From assembly GCA_005880395.1 (NCBI GenBank), contig VBHQ01000157.1, forward strand, positions 1-51,835: a stretch of DNA of 51,835 nt, given 5' to 3'. Positions 29,355 to 37,689 of the stretch are shown piece after piece. The notes beneath the pieces are model-generated. The model had not been told where the DNA came from and searched no databases. It worked only from the letters and a program-made list of their open reading frames with translations. Source of the stretch: Chloroflexota bacterium. GTDB taxonomy: Bacteria > Chloroflexota > Dormibacteria > CF-121. The first letter of the stretch is position 1; every line of letters starts with the position of its first letter. The translations under genes and the position numbers were made by a program.

Positions 29355-30123
29355 CAGGGCACGGGTTGGACGCGTGCCGGCCGCGCCGCCGCGGCCGGTG
29401 CCTCGAGCTGTAGGTCGCCGACTGGATGACGCGGGCACCGGCGAAGCCGATCATCGCGCCCGGCTCGGCGAGGATTACGTCGGCGAGCGTCGCGAAGCTG
29501 GCCGTGACGCCGCCCATGGTGGGATCGGTCAGCAGCGAGATATAGGGCAGCCCCGCGGCGCCGAGGCGGCCGATCGCGGCGGAGGTCTTCGCCATCTGCA
29601 TCAGCGAGAGCATGCCTTCCTGCATGCGGGCGCCGCCCGAGGCGCAGACGATCAGCAGCGGCAGCCGGCTGTGCAGCGCATGCTCGATCCCGTTCGTGAT
29701 CTTCTCGCCGGTGGCGGCGCCCATGCTGCCGCCCATGAACGCGAAGTCGAAGCACACGATGACGAGCTCGTGGCCGGCCAGCGCGCCTTCGCCCCAGGTG
29801 ACCGCCTCCTCGACGCCGGTGTTCGTGCGGCTCTGCTCGATCCGCTTGCTATATGGCTGGGAATCCTTGAAGCCGAGCACATCGTGGGCGGTGATGGCGC
29901 GGTCGTGCTCGTTGAAGGATCCGGGCTCGAGCAGCATCCCGATCCGCTCCGACGCTCGCAGCCGGAAGTGATAGCCGCAGCGGTAGCAGACGCGTTGCGC
30001 CGCGGCCAATCGTGCCGGCTCCAGCGAGGTGTCACATTTCGGGCAGGTGAGCCGGTCGATCTCCTCGCCGACCCCGGCGCGTGGGGACGGGAGGGCGACG
30101 TATCGAGTCTTGGGACGGAACAC
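29354..30123 (-). pseudogene. accD: Acetyl-CoA carboxylase carboxyltransferase beta subunit, with an internal deletion/frameshift at ~29412-29428
   Basis: Zinc ribbon CPKC..CYRCGYH and MGGSMG run up to IGFAGARVIQ. A different frame then reads DLQLEAPAAAARPARVQPVP-TGA-TGA, coupled to the accA ATG. Confidence 0.8.
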
Positions 30124-30126
30124 AGG

Positions 30127-31110
30127 TCAGGCCGCGACCCTGACGGGTGCGCCTTCCCACTGGAGGACACAGGCTCCCCAGGTGAGCCCGGCGCCGAAGC
30201 CGACCAGCACGACATGGTCGCCACGCTTGAGGCGCTGCGCTCCGACCGCTTCTTTCAACGCGAGCGGGATGGAGGCGGTCGAGGTGTTGCCGTAGTTCGC
30301 GATGTTGTTGACCATCACATCGCCGTTGACGCCGAGCCGCTTAGCGGCCGCCTCGATGATCCGAGCATTCGCCTGGTGGGGGATGATCATGCGGACGTCC
30401 TCGAGCCGCAGGTTGGCGTTCTCGAGGACCTGGAGGGTTGCCTGCGCCAGGATCTCGGTCGCGAAGCGAAATACCCGACGGCCGTCCATCCGGATCTCGG
30501 GTCGCCCGGGACCTTCGGGGCCATCGGCGCCCGGGGCGACGTAGATCAGATCGCCCCCCGAGCCGTCGGAGCCGAGCACGCAGGCCTTGATCCCGGCGCC
30601 GTCCGATGCCGGGCCGAGCACGACGGCCCCGGCACCGTCGCCGAAGACGACGCAGGTGCCGCGGTCTTTGAAGTTCACGATCTTGGTCAGCGTTTCGGTG
30701 CCGATCACGATGGCCTGCTTCGCCTCGCCGGCGCTCACAAAACGATCCGCCACGCTGATGGCGTAGAGAAAGCCGGTGCACGCGGCCTGGACGTCGAAAG
30801 CCGGGCCGTGAGCCCCGAGGCGCTCCTGCACGCGCGATGCGACCGACGGAAACATCGAGTCCGGCGTCGAAGTGCTGCAGACGATCAGGTCGGTGTCCTC
30901 AGGGGCGAACCCGCCGGCGAGCAGCGCGTCGCGTGCGGCATCCGCCGCGAGGTCGGTGGCGGTCTCGTCCACCGCCGCGATCCGTCGCTCGACGATCCCG
31001 GTCCGCTCGCGGATCCAGGTGTCGGACGTGTCGACCATGCGCTCCAAATCGGCGTTGGTCAGGATGCCGGACGGAACGTGGCTGCCGACCGACTTGATGC
31101 TGGTAAGCAT
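30127..31110 (-). CDS. fabH: 3-oxoacyl-ACP synthase III
   Basis: 327 aa: DVQAACTGFLYA, IPHQAN, GNTSTASIP, GFGAGLTWG. Confidence 0.95.
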   Translation of the reverse strand: MLTSIKSVGSHVPSGILTNADLERMVDTSDTWIRERTGIVERRIAAVDETATDLAADAARDALLAGGFAPEDTDLIVCSTSTPDSMFPSVASRVQERLGAHGPAFDVQAACTGFLYAISVADRFVSAGEAKQAIVIGTETLTKIVNFKDRGTCVVFGDGAGAVVLGPASDGAGIKACVLGSDGSGGDLIYVAPGADGPEGPGRPEIRMDGRRVFRFATEILAQATLQVLENANLRLEDVRMIIPHQANARIIEAAAKRLGVNGDVMVNNIANYGNTSTASIPLALKEAVGAQRLKRGDHVVLVGFGAGLTWGACVLQWEGAPVRVAA

Positions 31111-31258
31111 GCGTCTCCCCGGCTAAGAGTTTGACCAGTATATACCGGCATCTGGGCGCCGGTTACGGGCCTTGACGCAGCGTGAACGCGTTTAAATCCC
31201 GCCCTCCCTCGGGTATATCGCCGACCGGAAGAGCATTCTCACTCGAGGAGGTCATCCG

Positions 31259-31765
31259 ATGAGCAGCGTAATTCGTTGGTCACCAATCAGCGATCTGATG
31301 TCCCTGCACAGCGCGATGGATCGCCTGTTCAGTGACAGTTTCGGGGTTCCCGGCCAGTCCAGGACCGTTGGGGCTGCCGGCGAGGGCTACCTGCCGCTCG
31401 ACATCTATCAGACGGACAAGGAGTGGGTGATCCGGGCGGCGGTTCCCGGCGCTGACCCGAGCACGGTCGATGTCACCGTTGACGGCGGCCAGATCAGCAT
31501 CAAGGGCGAGATCAAGCCGGCGGCCGATGCCAGGCCGGAGACCTACTGGCTTCGGGAGAACTTCTACGGCAACTTCAGCCGCCAGGTGACGCTGCCCGAG
31601 GATGCGCTCGGGGATCAGGCCAGGGCGCAGTTCATGAACGGGGTCCTGACCCTGACCGTCCCCAAGGCGCAGCCCGCGAAGCCGAAGTCTGTCAAGATTC
31701 CGATCAGCGGCGCGACCAGCACCAACAGCGAGCCGAAGCAGCTGGAGACGGCCGCCAAGAAGTAA
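31259..31765 (+). CDS. Hsp20/alpha-crystallin small heat-shock protein
   Basis: 168 aa: PLDIYQTDKEWVIRAAVPG...FMNGVLTLTVPK. GAGGAGG sits 7 nt upstream of the ATG. Confidence 0.9.
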   Translation: MSSVIRWSPISDLMSLHSAMDRLFSDSFGVPGQSRTVGAAGEGYLPLDIYQTDKEWVIRAAVPGADPSTVDVTVDGGQISIKGEIKPAADARPETYWLRENFYGNFSRQVTLPEDALGDQARAQFMNGVLTLTVPKAQPAKPKSVKIPISGATSTNSEPKQLETAAKK

Positions 31766-31784
31766 GTCGTGCAGGCGAGGCAAC

Positions 31785-31816
31785 AAGCCGCCCCCTAAGG
31801 GCGGCTTCTTTGTGTT
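31785..31816. terminator. Rho-independent terminator between convergent hsp20 and yjbQ
   Basis: AAGCCGCCC-cctaa-GGGCGGCTT followed by CTTTGTGTT. Confidence 0.65.
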
Positions 31817-32210
31817 AGCCGAGCAGCGTCACCTGCACCTGCCGCTGGCGCGGACCGTCGAACTCGGCGAAGTAGATTCCCTGCCAGCGGCCGAGCGCCA
31901 GGCGTCCCTCGTCGACTGGCAGGGTTTGCGCGCTCCCCACCAGGATCGCCTTGATGTGGGCGGCGGCGTTCCCCTCCGCATGCCGGTAGTCGTTCTCCCA
32001 GGGCACGAGCCGGTCGAGGGTCGCGAGCAGGTCGTGCATGACGTCGGGGTCCGCGTTCTCGTTGATGAAGACGCCCGCCGTCGTATGGGCAACGTAGACA
32101 TGGCAGAGCCCCTTGCTCACCGAGCTTTTCGCAACGATCCGCTGGACCTGCTCGGTGATGTCGATGACGTCGGCCTTCTTGCGGGAGGTAACGGTCAGGG
32201 TCTGGTTCAA
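31815..32210 (-). CDS. yjbQ: YjbQ family (secondary thiamine-phosphate synthase-like) protein
   Basis: TTG start at 32208-32210 gives MNQTLTVTSRKKADVIDITEQV...HTTAGVFINENADPDV...GRWQGIYFAEFDGPR. 132 aa is typical for the family. Confidence 0.8.
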   Translation of the reverse strand: MNQTLTVTSRKKADVIDITEQVQRIVAKSSVSKGLCHVYVAHTTAGVFINENADPDVMHDLLATLDRLVPWENDYRHAEGNAAAHIKAILVGSAQTLPVDEGRLALGRWQGIYFAEFDGPRQRQVQVTLLG

Positions 32211-32232
32211 GATCGACGCGATCGTAACAATC

Positions 32233-32260
32233 CATGCGGGGAATCCCCGCAAACCCCCGA
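32233..32260. repeat. Palindrome-containing motif, copy 2: CAT-GCGGGGAATCCCCGC-AAACCCCCGA
   Basis: Lies in the yjbQ/GH15 divergent spacer. Both palindrome arms differ from copy 1 in a compensatory way. Confidence 0.6.
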
Positions 32261-32267
32261 ACAACAG

Positions 32268-32273
32268 GATAAT
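32268..32273 (+). promoter_or_regulatory. -10-like GATAAT, 8 nt upstream of ATG 32282
   Basis: No SD. The palindrome lies where a -35 would be. Confidence 0.3.
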
Positions 32274-32281
32274 GGCCCACG

Positions 32282-34297
32282 ATGTCACGCGACCTTCCCA
32301 TCGGCAATGGAACCCTGCTGGTCAATTTCGACCACAACTACGACCTGCGCGACATCTATTACCCCCGGGTGGGCCAGGAGAATCACACCAGCGGCGGCCC
32401 GTGCCGCGTCGGCATCTGGATCGATGGTCGCTTCGCCTGGCTCGACGACTCGGGCTGGTCGCGGAAAGTCGTCTACCTCGACGACACGCTGATGACCGAC
32501 GTGACGCTGCGCCATGGTGAGCTGCAGGTCAGCGTGAACTTCAACGACTGCGTCGACCTCGGCCGTGACGCCCTCTTTCGCCGCGTCAGGGTCGTCAACG
32601 AGGGCCCGCCTCGCGACGTCCGGCTCTTCTTTCACTTCGACTGGGACATCTATGGCACCGAGGTAGGCGATACGGTGATGTATTACCCCGCCGTCAGGGG
32701 GCTGGTGGCCTACAAAGGCCAGCGCTGCTTTGCCGCCTGCGGGCAGGTCGGTAATCGGGTCGGCCTCGACGGCTACGCCTGCGGCAAAAAGGATGTCAAC
32801 GGCGCACAGGGCACCTGGCGCGATGCCGAAGACGGCGTGCTGGGCAACAACCCGATCGAGCAGGGGTCGGTCGACATGACGCTGGCGCTCGACCTCGGCC
32901 GGATGGAGCAGGGCGCGACGCAGGTGGCGCATCAGTGGCTGATCGCGGCCCGCAACCTGAGCGAGCTCCAGTCGGTTGCGGACGTGATCAACCTGCGCGG
33001 CCCGGAAGCGTTCCTCGAACGCACCCGCTCCTACTGGAGCGCGTGGGTCAACAAGGAAGAGCGCGCGTTCGCCGACCTCTCGCCCAGGGTCTCCCAGCTC
33101 TACCGGCGATCCCTGCTGGTGGTCCGAACCCAGGTCGACGCCGGCGGGGCGGTCCTGGCGGCCAACGACGCCGACATCATCAAGTTCGCGCGCGATACCT
33201 ATAGCTATATGTGGCCCCGCGACGGGGCGCTGACCGTCTATGCGATGGACCAGGCCGGCTACGTCGACCTGCCGCGGCGCTTCTTCGAGCTCTGCGCGCG
33301 GATCGTCACCAAGGACGGGTATTTCCGCCACAAGTACACCGCCGCCGGGGATCCTGGAAGTAGCTGGCATCCCTGGGTCGATCAAGCGGGCAAGCCGCAG
33401 TATCCAATCCAGGAGGACGAAACCGGGCTCGTGCTCTTCTCGCTCTGGCAGCACTATGACCGCCATCGCGACTTCGAGTTCTTCAAGGCGTACTATCGGC
33501 CGCTGATCATCCTTTGCGCCGAGTTCATGGCCAGCTACATCGATCCGCTCACCGGCCTTCCCGAGCCAAGCTATGACCTCTGGGAAGAGCGGCGGGGCGT
33601 GATGAGCTTTACCAATGCCGCGGTCTGGGCGGGGCTGCAGGCGGCGGCGAACTTCGCTCAGCTGTACGGCGAGATCGGGCTGGCGGACAAATATCGAGGC
33701 GTGGCGGACGGGATCAAGGCCGGAACGCAACGCTTTCTGTTCGATCACGAGCTCAACCGGTTCATCCGCAGGCTCTACGTTCGTCCGGATGGCACCACCG
33801 CGAAAGATTCGACCATCGACTCGAGTGTCTATGGCCTCTGGTATTTCGGGATGTTCGAGGCGGACGATCCGCAGATCGTCAGCACGATGGAGGCGGTGTA
33901 CGACCGCCTCTGGTGCAAGACCAACGTCGGGGGGATCGCTCGCTATGAGAACGACTGGTATTACCAGGTGAGCCAGGACATCGCAAACGTCCCCGGCAAT
34001 CCATGGTTCATCTGCACCATGTGGTACGCCCAGTGGGTCGTCAGCCGCGCTCGCTCGCTCGAGGAGCTGCAGACGGCCCGCGAGATGCTGGAATGGGTCG
34101 CGCAGGCGGCGCTGCCGAGCGGCATCCTCGCCGAGCAGCTCGATCCCTACACCAAGGGGCCCATCTCGGTGTCGCCGCTCACCTGGAGCCATGCGACGGT
34201 GGTGTCGCTGGTCCACGAATACGTGCGCAAGCGGGAGCGCCTGGCCGCGAATGCGCCGGCGATGGCGCGACCGACCACCTTGCCACGCGCCGGCTAA
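32282..34297 (+). CDS. Glycoside hydrolase family 15 (glucoamylase/trehalase-like)
   Basis: 671 aa: YSYMWPRDGA, IQEDETG, DLWEERRG, IARYENDWYY, GNPWFICTMWYAQW, LPSGILAEQLDP. Confidence 0.9.
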   Translation: MSRDLPIGNGTLLVNFDHNYDLRDIYYPRVGQENHTSGGPCRVGIWIDGRFAWLDDSGWSRKVVYLDDTLMTDVTLRHGELQVSVNFNDCVDLGRDALFRRVRVVNEGPPRDVRLFFHFDWDIYGTEVGDTVMYYPAVRGLVAYKGQRCFAACGQVGNRVGLDGYACGKKDVNGAQGTWRDAEDGVLGNNPIEQGSVDMTLALDLGRMEQGATQVAHQWLIAARNLSELQSVADVINLRGPEAFLERTRSYWSAWVNKEERAFADLSPRVSQLYRRSLLVVRTQVDAGGAVLAANDADIIKFARDTYSYMWPRDGALTVYAMDQAGYVDLPRRFFELCARIVTKDGYFRHKYTAAGDPGSSWHPWVDQAGKPQYPIQEDETGLVLFSLWQHYDRHRDFEFFKAYYRPLIILCAEFMASYIDPLTGLPEPSYDLWEERRGVMSFTNAAVWAGLQAAANFAQLYGEIGLADKYRGVADGIKAGTQRFLFDHELNRFIRRLYVRPDGTTAKDSTIDSSVYGLWYFGMFEADDPQIVSTMEAVYDRLWCKTNVGGIARYENDWYYQVSQDIANVPGNPWFICTMWYAQWVVSRARSLEELQTAREMLEWVAQAALPSGILAEQLDPYTKGPISVSPLTWSHATVVSLVHEYVRKRERLAANAPAMARPTTLPRAG

Positions 34298-34318
34298 GTC
34301 GGGCGCTCACCCGATGTC

Positions 34319-34486
34319 TTGGTCAGCGACCGCTTTGCTATTCTCGACCTCGTGCACGGCGTCCTCGAGGCGATCAAGGCTGACTTTGGCTGCCTGTTAG
34401 TCGCCGCGCTCTTCATCATCATCATGGCGTCGACCATCGTCTTCGCCACGATTTTCACGCCGCCCGCGCACAACGCGTTCGTGTAA
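34319..34486 (+). CDS. Possible 55-aa single-TM protein coupled to the Rieske gene (start uncertain: TTG 34319 or GTG 34352)
   Basis: ...FGCLLVAALFIIIMASTIVFATIF... Its TAA shares its last A (34486) with the Rieske ATG (TAATG). Not in the ORF track and no SD. Confidence 0.3.
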   Translation: MVSDRFAILDLVHGVLEAIKADFGCLLVAALFIIIMASTIVFATIFTPPAHNAFV

Positions 34487-35058
34487 TGGCGTCCGATTTT
34501 CGCCGCCTGGTGCAAGACAGCCGCGAGATGACGCGGCGCAGCTTCCTTGCCATGGCCGGCTGGGCCGGCTTCACGGTGGCTTCGCTGATCGCCCTCTTCC
34601 AGAGCGTGAAGTTCATCCAGCCGAACGCGACCTATGAGGATCCTCCCGCCTTCAAGGCCGACGCGCCGAGCGCCTATCCGGTCGGGTCGACGACCGTGAT
34701 CATCGACAAGCGTGTGGTGATCAACCGCGATCCCAACGGCTTTTACGCGATCAGCTTGATCTGCACCCACCTGGGATGCACTCCGCGCTACTTCCAGGAT
34801 GTGACCAGCGACCTGATCGCCGCGGGGACCGCGATCTCAAAGGATCCCGACACCGGCCAGGAAGCCACCAAGGCGAATCCCGCCTTGCCCGGCTTCAAGT
34901 GTCCCTGCCATGGCAGTCGCTATTTCCGCGACGCCGATAATTTCTTCGGGCCGGCGCCGCGGCCGATGGACCGGGTGCACGTGGAACTCGCCAAAGATGG
35001 CAAGCTCTTTATCGATCGCTCGATCGTCGTCGATCATCACTATCGCTTGAAGGTCTAA
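34486..35058 (+). CDS. Rieske [2Fe-2S] subunit of a cytochrome bc-type complex (Tat signal)
   Basis: TRRSFLAMAG twin-arginine motif, CTHLGC ... CPCHGS. Confidence 0.9.
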   Translation: MASDFRRLVQDSREMTRRSFLAMAGWAGFTVASLIALFQSVKFIQPNATYEDPPAFKADAPSAYPVGSTTVIIDKRVVINRDPNGFYAISLICTHLGCTPRYFQDVTSDLIAAGTAISKDPDTGQEATKANPALPGFKCPCHGSRYFRDADNFFGPAPRPMDRVHVELAKDGKLFIDRSIVVDHHYRLKV

Positions 35059-35091
35059 TGTCGGCTTAGCGGGCCGGGGAAAGGAGAGTTC

Positions 35092-35823
35092 ATGAGGGTC
35101 ATTCGGGCGGCGATCGACGAGGCGTACTCGGTAATGGCGCAGATGGTCGGCTCCGTCTTCCGCCATGGGCTGCCCCTGACCGACAAGATCGCGGCGCGCA
35201 CGGCGCTTACCAACTTCGTGCTGCACATTCACCCGGTTCGGGTGCGCCGGTCGTGGATCCGCATGTCCTACACGCTCTGCCTCGGCGGCCTCTCGTTCTT
35301 TCTTTTCATCGTGCTGACGGTGACCGGGCTCTACCTGATGTTCTATTACGTGCCCTCGACGCAGCATGCCTATCAGGACATGCGCGACCTCCAGTTCGTG
35401 GTAACGTTCGGCGGCTTCATCCGCAACATGCACCGTTGGGCGGCGCACGCGATGGTGATCACGGTCTGGCTGCACATGGCGCGGGTCTTTCTGACCGGCG
35501 CCTACAAGAAGCCGCGTGAGTTCAACTGGGGAATCGGCACGGTCTTACTGCTGATCACGCTGCTGCTGAGCTTCACCGGGTATCTGCTTCCCTGGGACCA
35601 GCTCTCCATCTGGGCGGTCACGGTCGGGACGAACATGGCGAAGTACGCGCCGATCGCCGGCCCGTACACGCGCTACCTGATGCTGGGCGGGCGCGCCGTC
35701 GGCGACGCCACCCTGTTGCGCTTCTACGTCATGCACGTGGTGGGGTTGCCGCTGATCGGCTTCCTGCTGATGGTGATTCACTTCTGGCGAGTGCGAAAAG
35801 ATGGCTTTTCGGGAGGCCTCTAG
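35092..35823 (+). CDS. Cytochrome b (b6-like N-terminal four-helix subunit)
   Basis: [18 protein letters not shown] and [20 protein letters not shown] bis-His pairs; [11 protein letters not shown]. Confidence 0.9.
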   Translation: MRVIRAAIDEAYSVMAQMVGSVFRHGLPLTDKIAARTALTNFVLHIHPVRVRRSWIRMSYTLCLGGLSFFLFIVLTVTGLYLMFYYVPSTQHAYQDMRDLQFVVTFGGFIRNMHRWAAHAMVITVWLHMARVFLTGAYKKPREFNWGIGTVLLLITLLLSFTGYLLPWDQLSIWAVTVGTNMAKYAPIAGPYTRYLMLGGRAVGDATLLRFYVMHVVGLPLIGFLLMVIHFWRVRKDGFSGGL

Positions 35824-35830
35824 CTAAGCG

Positions 35831-36370
35831 ATGGCGACCGAGGCTCGCGACCGGATCGCCGCCCGCGACCGAATCGCCGCCCAACGGCGCACCGTCGACG
35901 CTCCGTCCTCGGTCCGCGACGACAGCGACGACGAGATGATCGTCTCCTTCCCGGAATTCATCTTCAAAGAGTTCATCGCCTCGGTCGCGATGACGGTCTT
36001 CCTGATCATCGTTTCCTTCATCCCGGCGCCGCTGCTCGGCCAGGCGAACCCGGGTGTGACGCCTAACCCGTCGAAGGCTCCCTGGTACTTCCTCGGCCTG
36101 CAGGAGCTGCTCTCTCGTTTCCCGCCGCTGATGGCGGGCGTCGCCTTTCCGACGTTCGTCATCGTGCTGATGATCCTGGTGCCGTTCCTCGATCGCAACC
36201 CGAGCCGGCGCCCCTCCGAACGCAAAGTCGCGATCATTCTGTTCGCGCTCTACATGGTGATCGTGGTCGCGCTCGTGTTGATCGGCGTCTTCTTCCGCGG
36301 GCATGAGTTCATCTGGAACTGGGGCTGGGTGCTCGGCAGTCCGCAAAGCTGCGGCGGCGCTGCATGCTAG
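35831..36370 (+). CDS. Cytochrome b C-terminal / subunit IV-like protein
   Basis: PSKAPWYFLGLQELL motif and 3 TM helices. N-terminal 15-nt tandem duplication (ARDRIAARDRIA). Confidence 0.8.
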   Translation: MATEARDRIAARDRIAAQRRTVDAPSSVRDDSDDEMIVSFPEFIFKEFIASVAMTVFLIIVSFIPAPLLGQANPGVTPNPSKAPWYFLGLQELLSRFPPLMAGVAFPTFVIVLMILVPFLDRNPSRRPSERKVAIILFALYMVIVVALVLIGVFFRGHEFIWNWGWVLGSPQSCGGAAC

Positions 36371-37413
36371 GACGCGCCTTCCTGGTGGTCAGCGTGCTCT
36401 TCCTGGCGCTGCTCGCCTTTGCCTTTTATCAGGATTTCAGCCGGCCCTGGGTGCCGATCCAGCAGAGCTACGCGCAGAAATACGGCCAGGACTTCCCGCT
36501 CCAGGTGCAGCAGCTGTTTCCAAAAGTCAAGGTGAACAACCAGTTTGTCGTGGAGCGCTGCATTACCTGCCATGTGCCGGACATCGCGAAGGTCGGTCCC
36601 CAGGAGGCGGCCTCCCGGCTCGGCCCCAACCACCCCGCCGTCATCAACGACGCGATCTTCGCCAAGTACGGGCAGGACACGCTGATCTGCCGGCCGGCGA
36701 GCGCGACCACCAGCGCGTCGGCAAGCCCCTCGGCCAGCGCTAGCGCCTCCCCGAAGGCTTCGTCATCCGCGAAGCCGACGGCGTCCGCCAAGCCATCCTC
36801 GTCGGCGGCGCCGGGCGCGGCGGCCTCCGCCTCGGCATCGCCCTCAGCGTCCGCGTCACCGGCCGCGGGAACGCCGGCGACATTGACCGCCGCGAATTGC
36901 GCTAAGCCCGGCTCCCAGCCGTACTACGTGTTGGACGCCAATGGCAAGGTCGTCAACGACCCAACAACCAACCAGCCGGTGGTCGCCCAGCTGACCGGCT
37001 TCATCCCCAGCCAGTACAAGGGGCTCGGCATCGACGAGACCGGCTGCATCATCTGCCATAACGGCAACCGGCAGGCGACCACCGAGTCCGGCGCGCACCA
37101 GAACCTGGTGCCGAATCCCTTTGGCGTGTACGACAAGGCGCCGCAGCTGTACGAGGCCAACTGCGCCCAATGCCACGGGGCCACGGGTGAGGGCGGCAAG
37201 GGCCCGCCGCTCAACGATCAGAACCGCCTGGGCTTCTTCAACGACGACTATTACTACCGCTGCATCTACCTGGGCAACCAGGGAGAAGAGCACTCCGGAA
37301 CCATCATGCCCGCCTGGGGTGTCCTCAAGGCCCTGCCGCAGCCGATCGACCAGAACATCAACCTGCTCATCCACTGGATTCGGATGTGGCAGCAGTACGC
37401 GAGCCTCCCATGA
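36364..37413 (+). CDS. Membrane-anchored triheme c-type cytochrome with a low-complexity Ala/Ser/Pro linker
   Basis: N-terminal TM helix, three CxxCH motifs (CITCH, CIICH, CAQCH) and a ~65-aa SASPSA-type linker. Confidence 0.8.
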   Translation: MLGRAFLVVSVLFLALLAFAFYQDFSRPWVPIQQSYAQKYGQDFPLQVQQLFPKVKVNNQFVVERCITCHVPDIAKVGPQEAASRLGPNHPAVINDAIFAKYGQDTLICRPASATTSASASPSASASASPKASSSAKPTASAKPSSSAAPGAAASASASPSASASPAAGTPATLTAANCAKPGSQPYYVLDANGKVVNDPTTNQPVVAQLTGFIPSQYKGLGIDETGCIICHNGNRQATTESGAHQNLVPNPFGVYDKAPQLYEANCAQCHGATGEGGKGPPLNDQNRLGFFNDDYYYRCIYLGNQGEEHSGTIMPAWGVLKALPQPIDQNINLLIHWIRMWQQYASLP

Positions 37414-37541
37414 GACGCCAGCAGCTCAAGAACCTGATCGGGACCCTGATCGCCTTCGTCGTACTGGCGGGATTCACGGCGCTGGTGATCATCTCCGAGA
37501 ACCTGCTGGACGTCACCAAGGCGCACAAGGCGGGCGGCTGA
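37410..37541 (+). CDS. 43-aa single-TM protein MRRQQLKNLIGTLIAFVVLAGFTALVIISENLLDVTKAHKAGG (not in the ORF track)
   Basis: Its ATG overlaps the cytochrome c stop (ATGA), and its TGA overlaps the next ATG. Confidence 0.5.
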   Translation: MRRQQLKNLIGTLIAFVVLAGFTALVIISENLLDVTKAHKAGG

Positions 37542-37675
37542 TGGTCAGCGCCATCGTCGAGCTCCTCAACCTGACCCGCGACCCCGGACCGGGCGATTTC
37601 CTCTTCGTCTTGATCTGGGCGATCTGCAGCCTGGGGCTGGTGGCCTTTTACTGCTATCGGATGTTCCAGCGCTAG
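37541..37675 (+). CDS. 44-aa single-TM protein MVSAIVELLNLTRDPGPGDFLFVLIWAICSLGLVAFYCYRMFQR
   Basis: TGATG coupling to the previous small ORF. Appears only as the tail of track ORF 37121-37675. Confidence 0.5.
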   Translation: MVSAIVELLNLTRDPGPGDFLFVLIWAICSLGLVAFYCYRMFQR

Positions 37676-37689
37676 GACGCCGGTACAGG

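Noticed and set aside
31111-31258. fabH/hsp20 divergent spacer, examined for a CIRCE/HAIR-type heat-shock operator or RNA thermometer
   Set aside because: It contains only a short ACGCGT palindrome and ambiguous -35/-10 candidates (TTGACG, TATATC, TATACT). None matches a known heat-shock element convincingly.
32285-34216. 643-aa minus-strand ORF covering almost all of the GH15 gene
   Set aside because: It is an Arg/Asp/Gly/Pro-rich mirror ORF of a GC3-biased gene with no recognisable motif. The plus-strand frame carries all the GH15 signatures.
36690-36880. Short GC-rich repeats, considered as a possible CRISPR-like or tandem-repeat array (also 19929-19990)
   Set aside because: The repeats are imperfect, 6-12 nt, without spacers, and stay in frame as Ala/Ser/Pro linkers inside clear genes.
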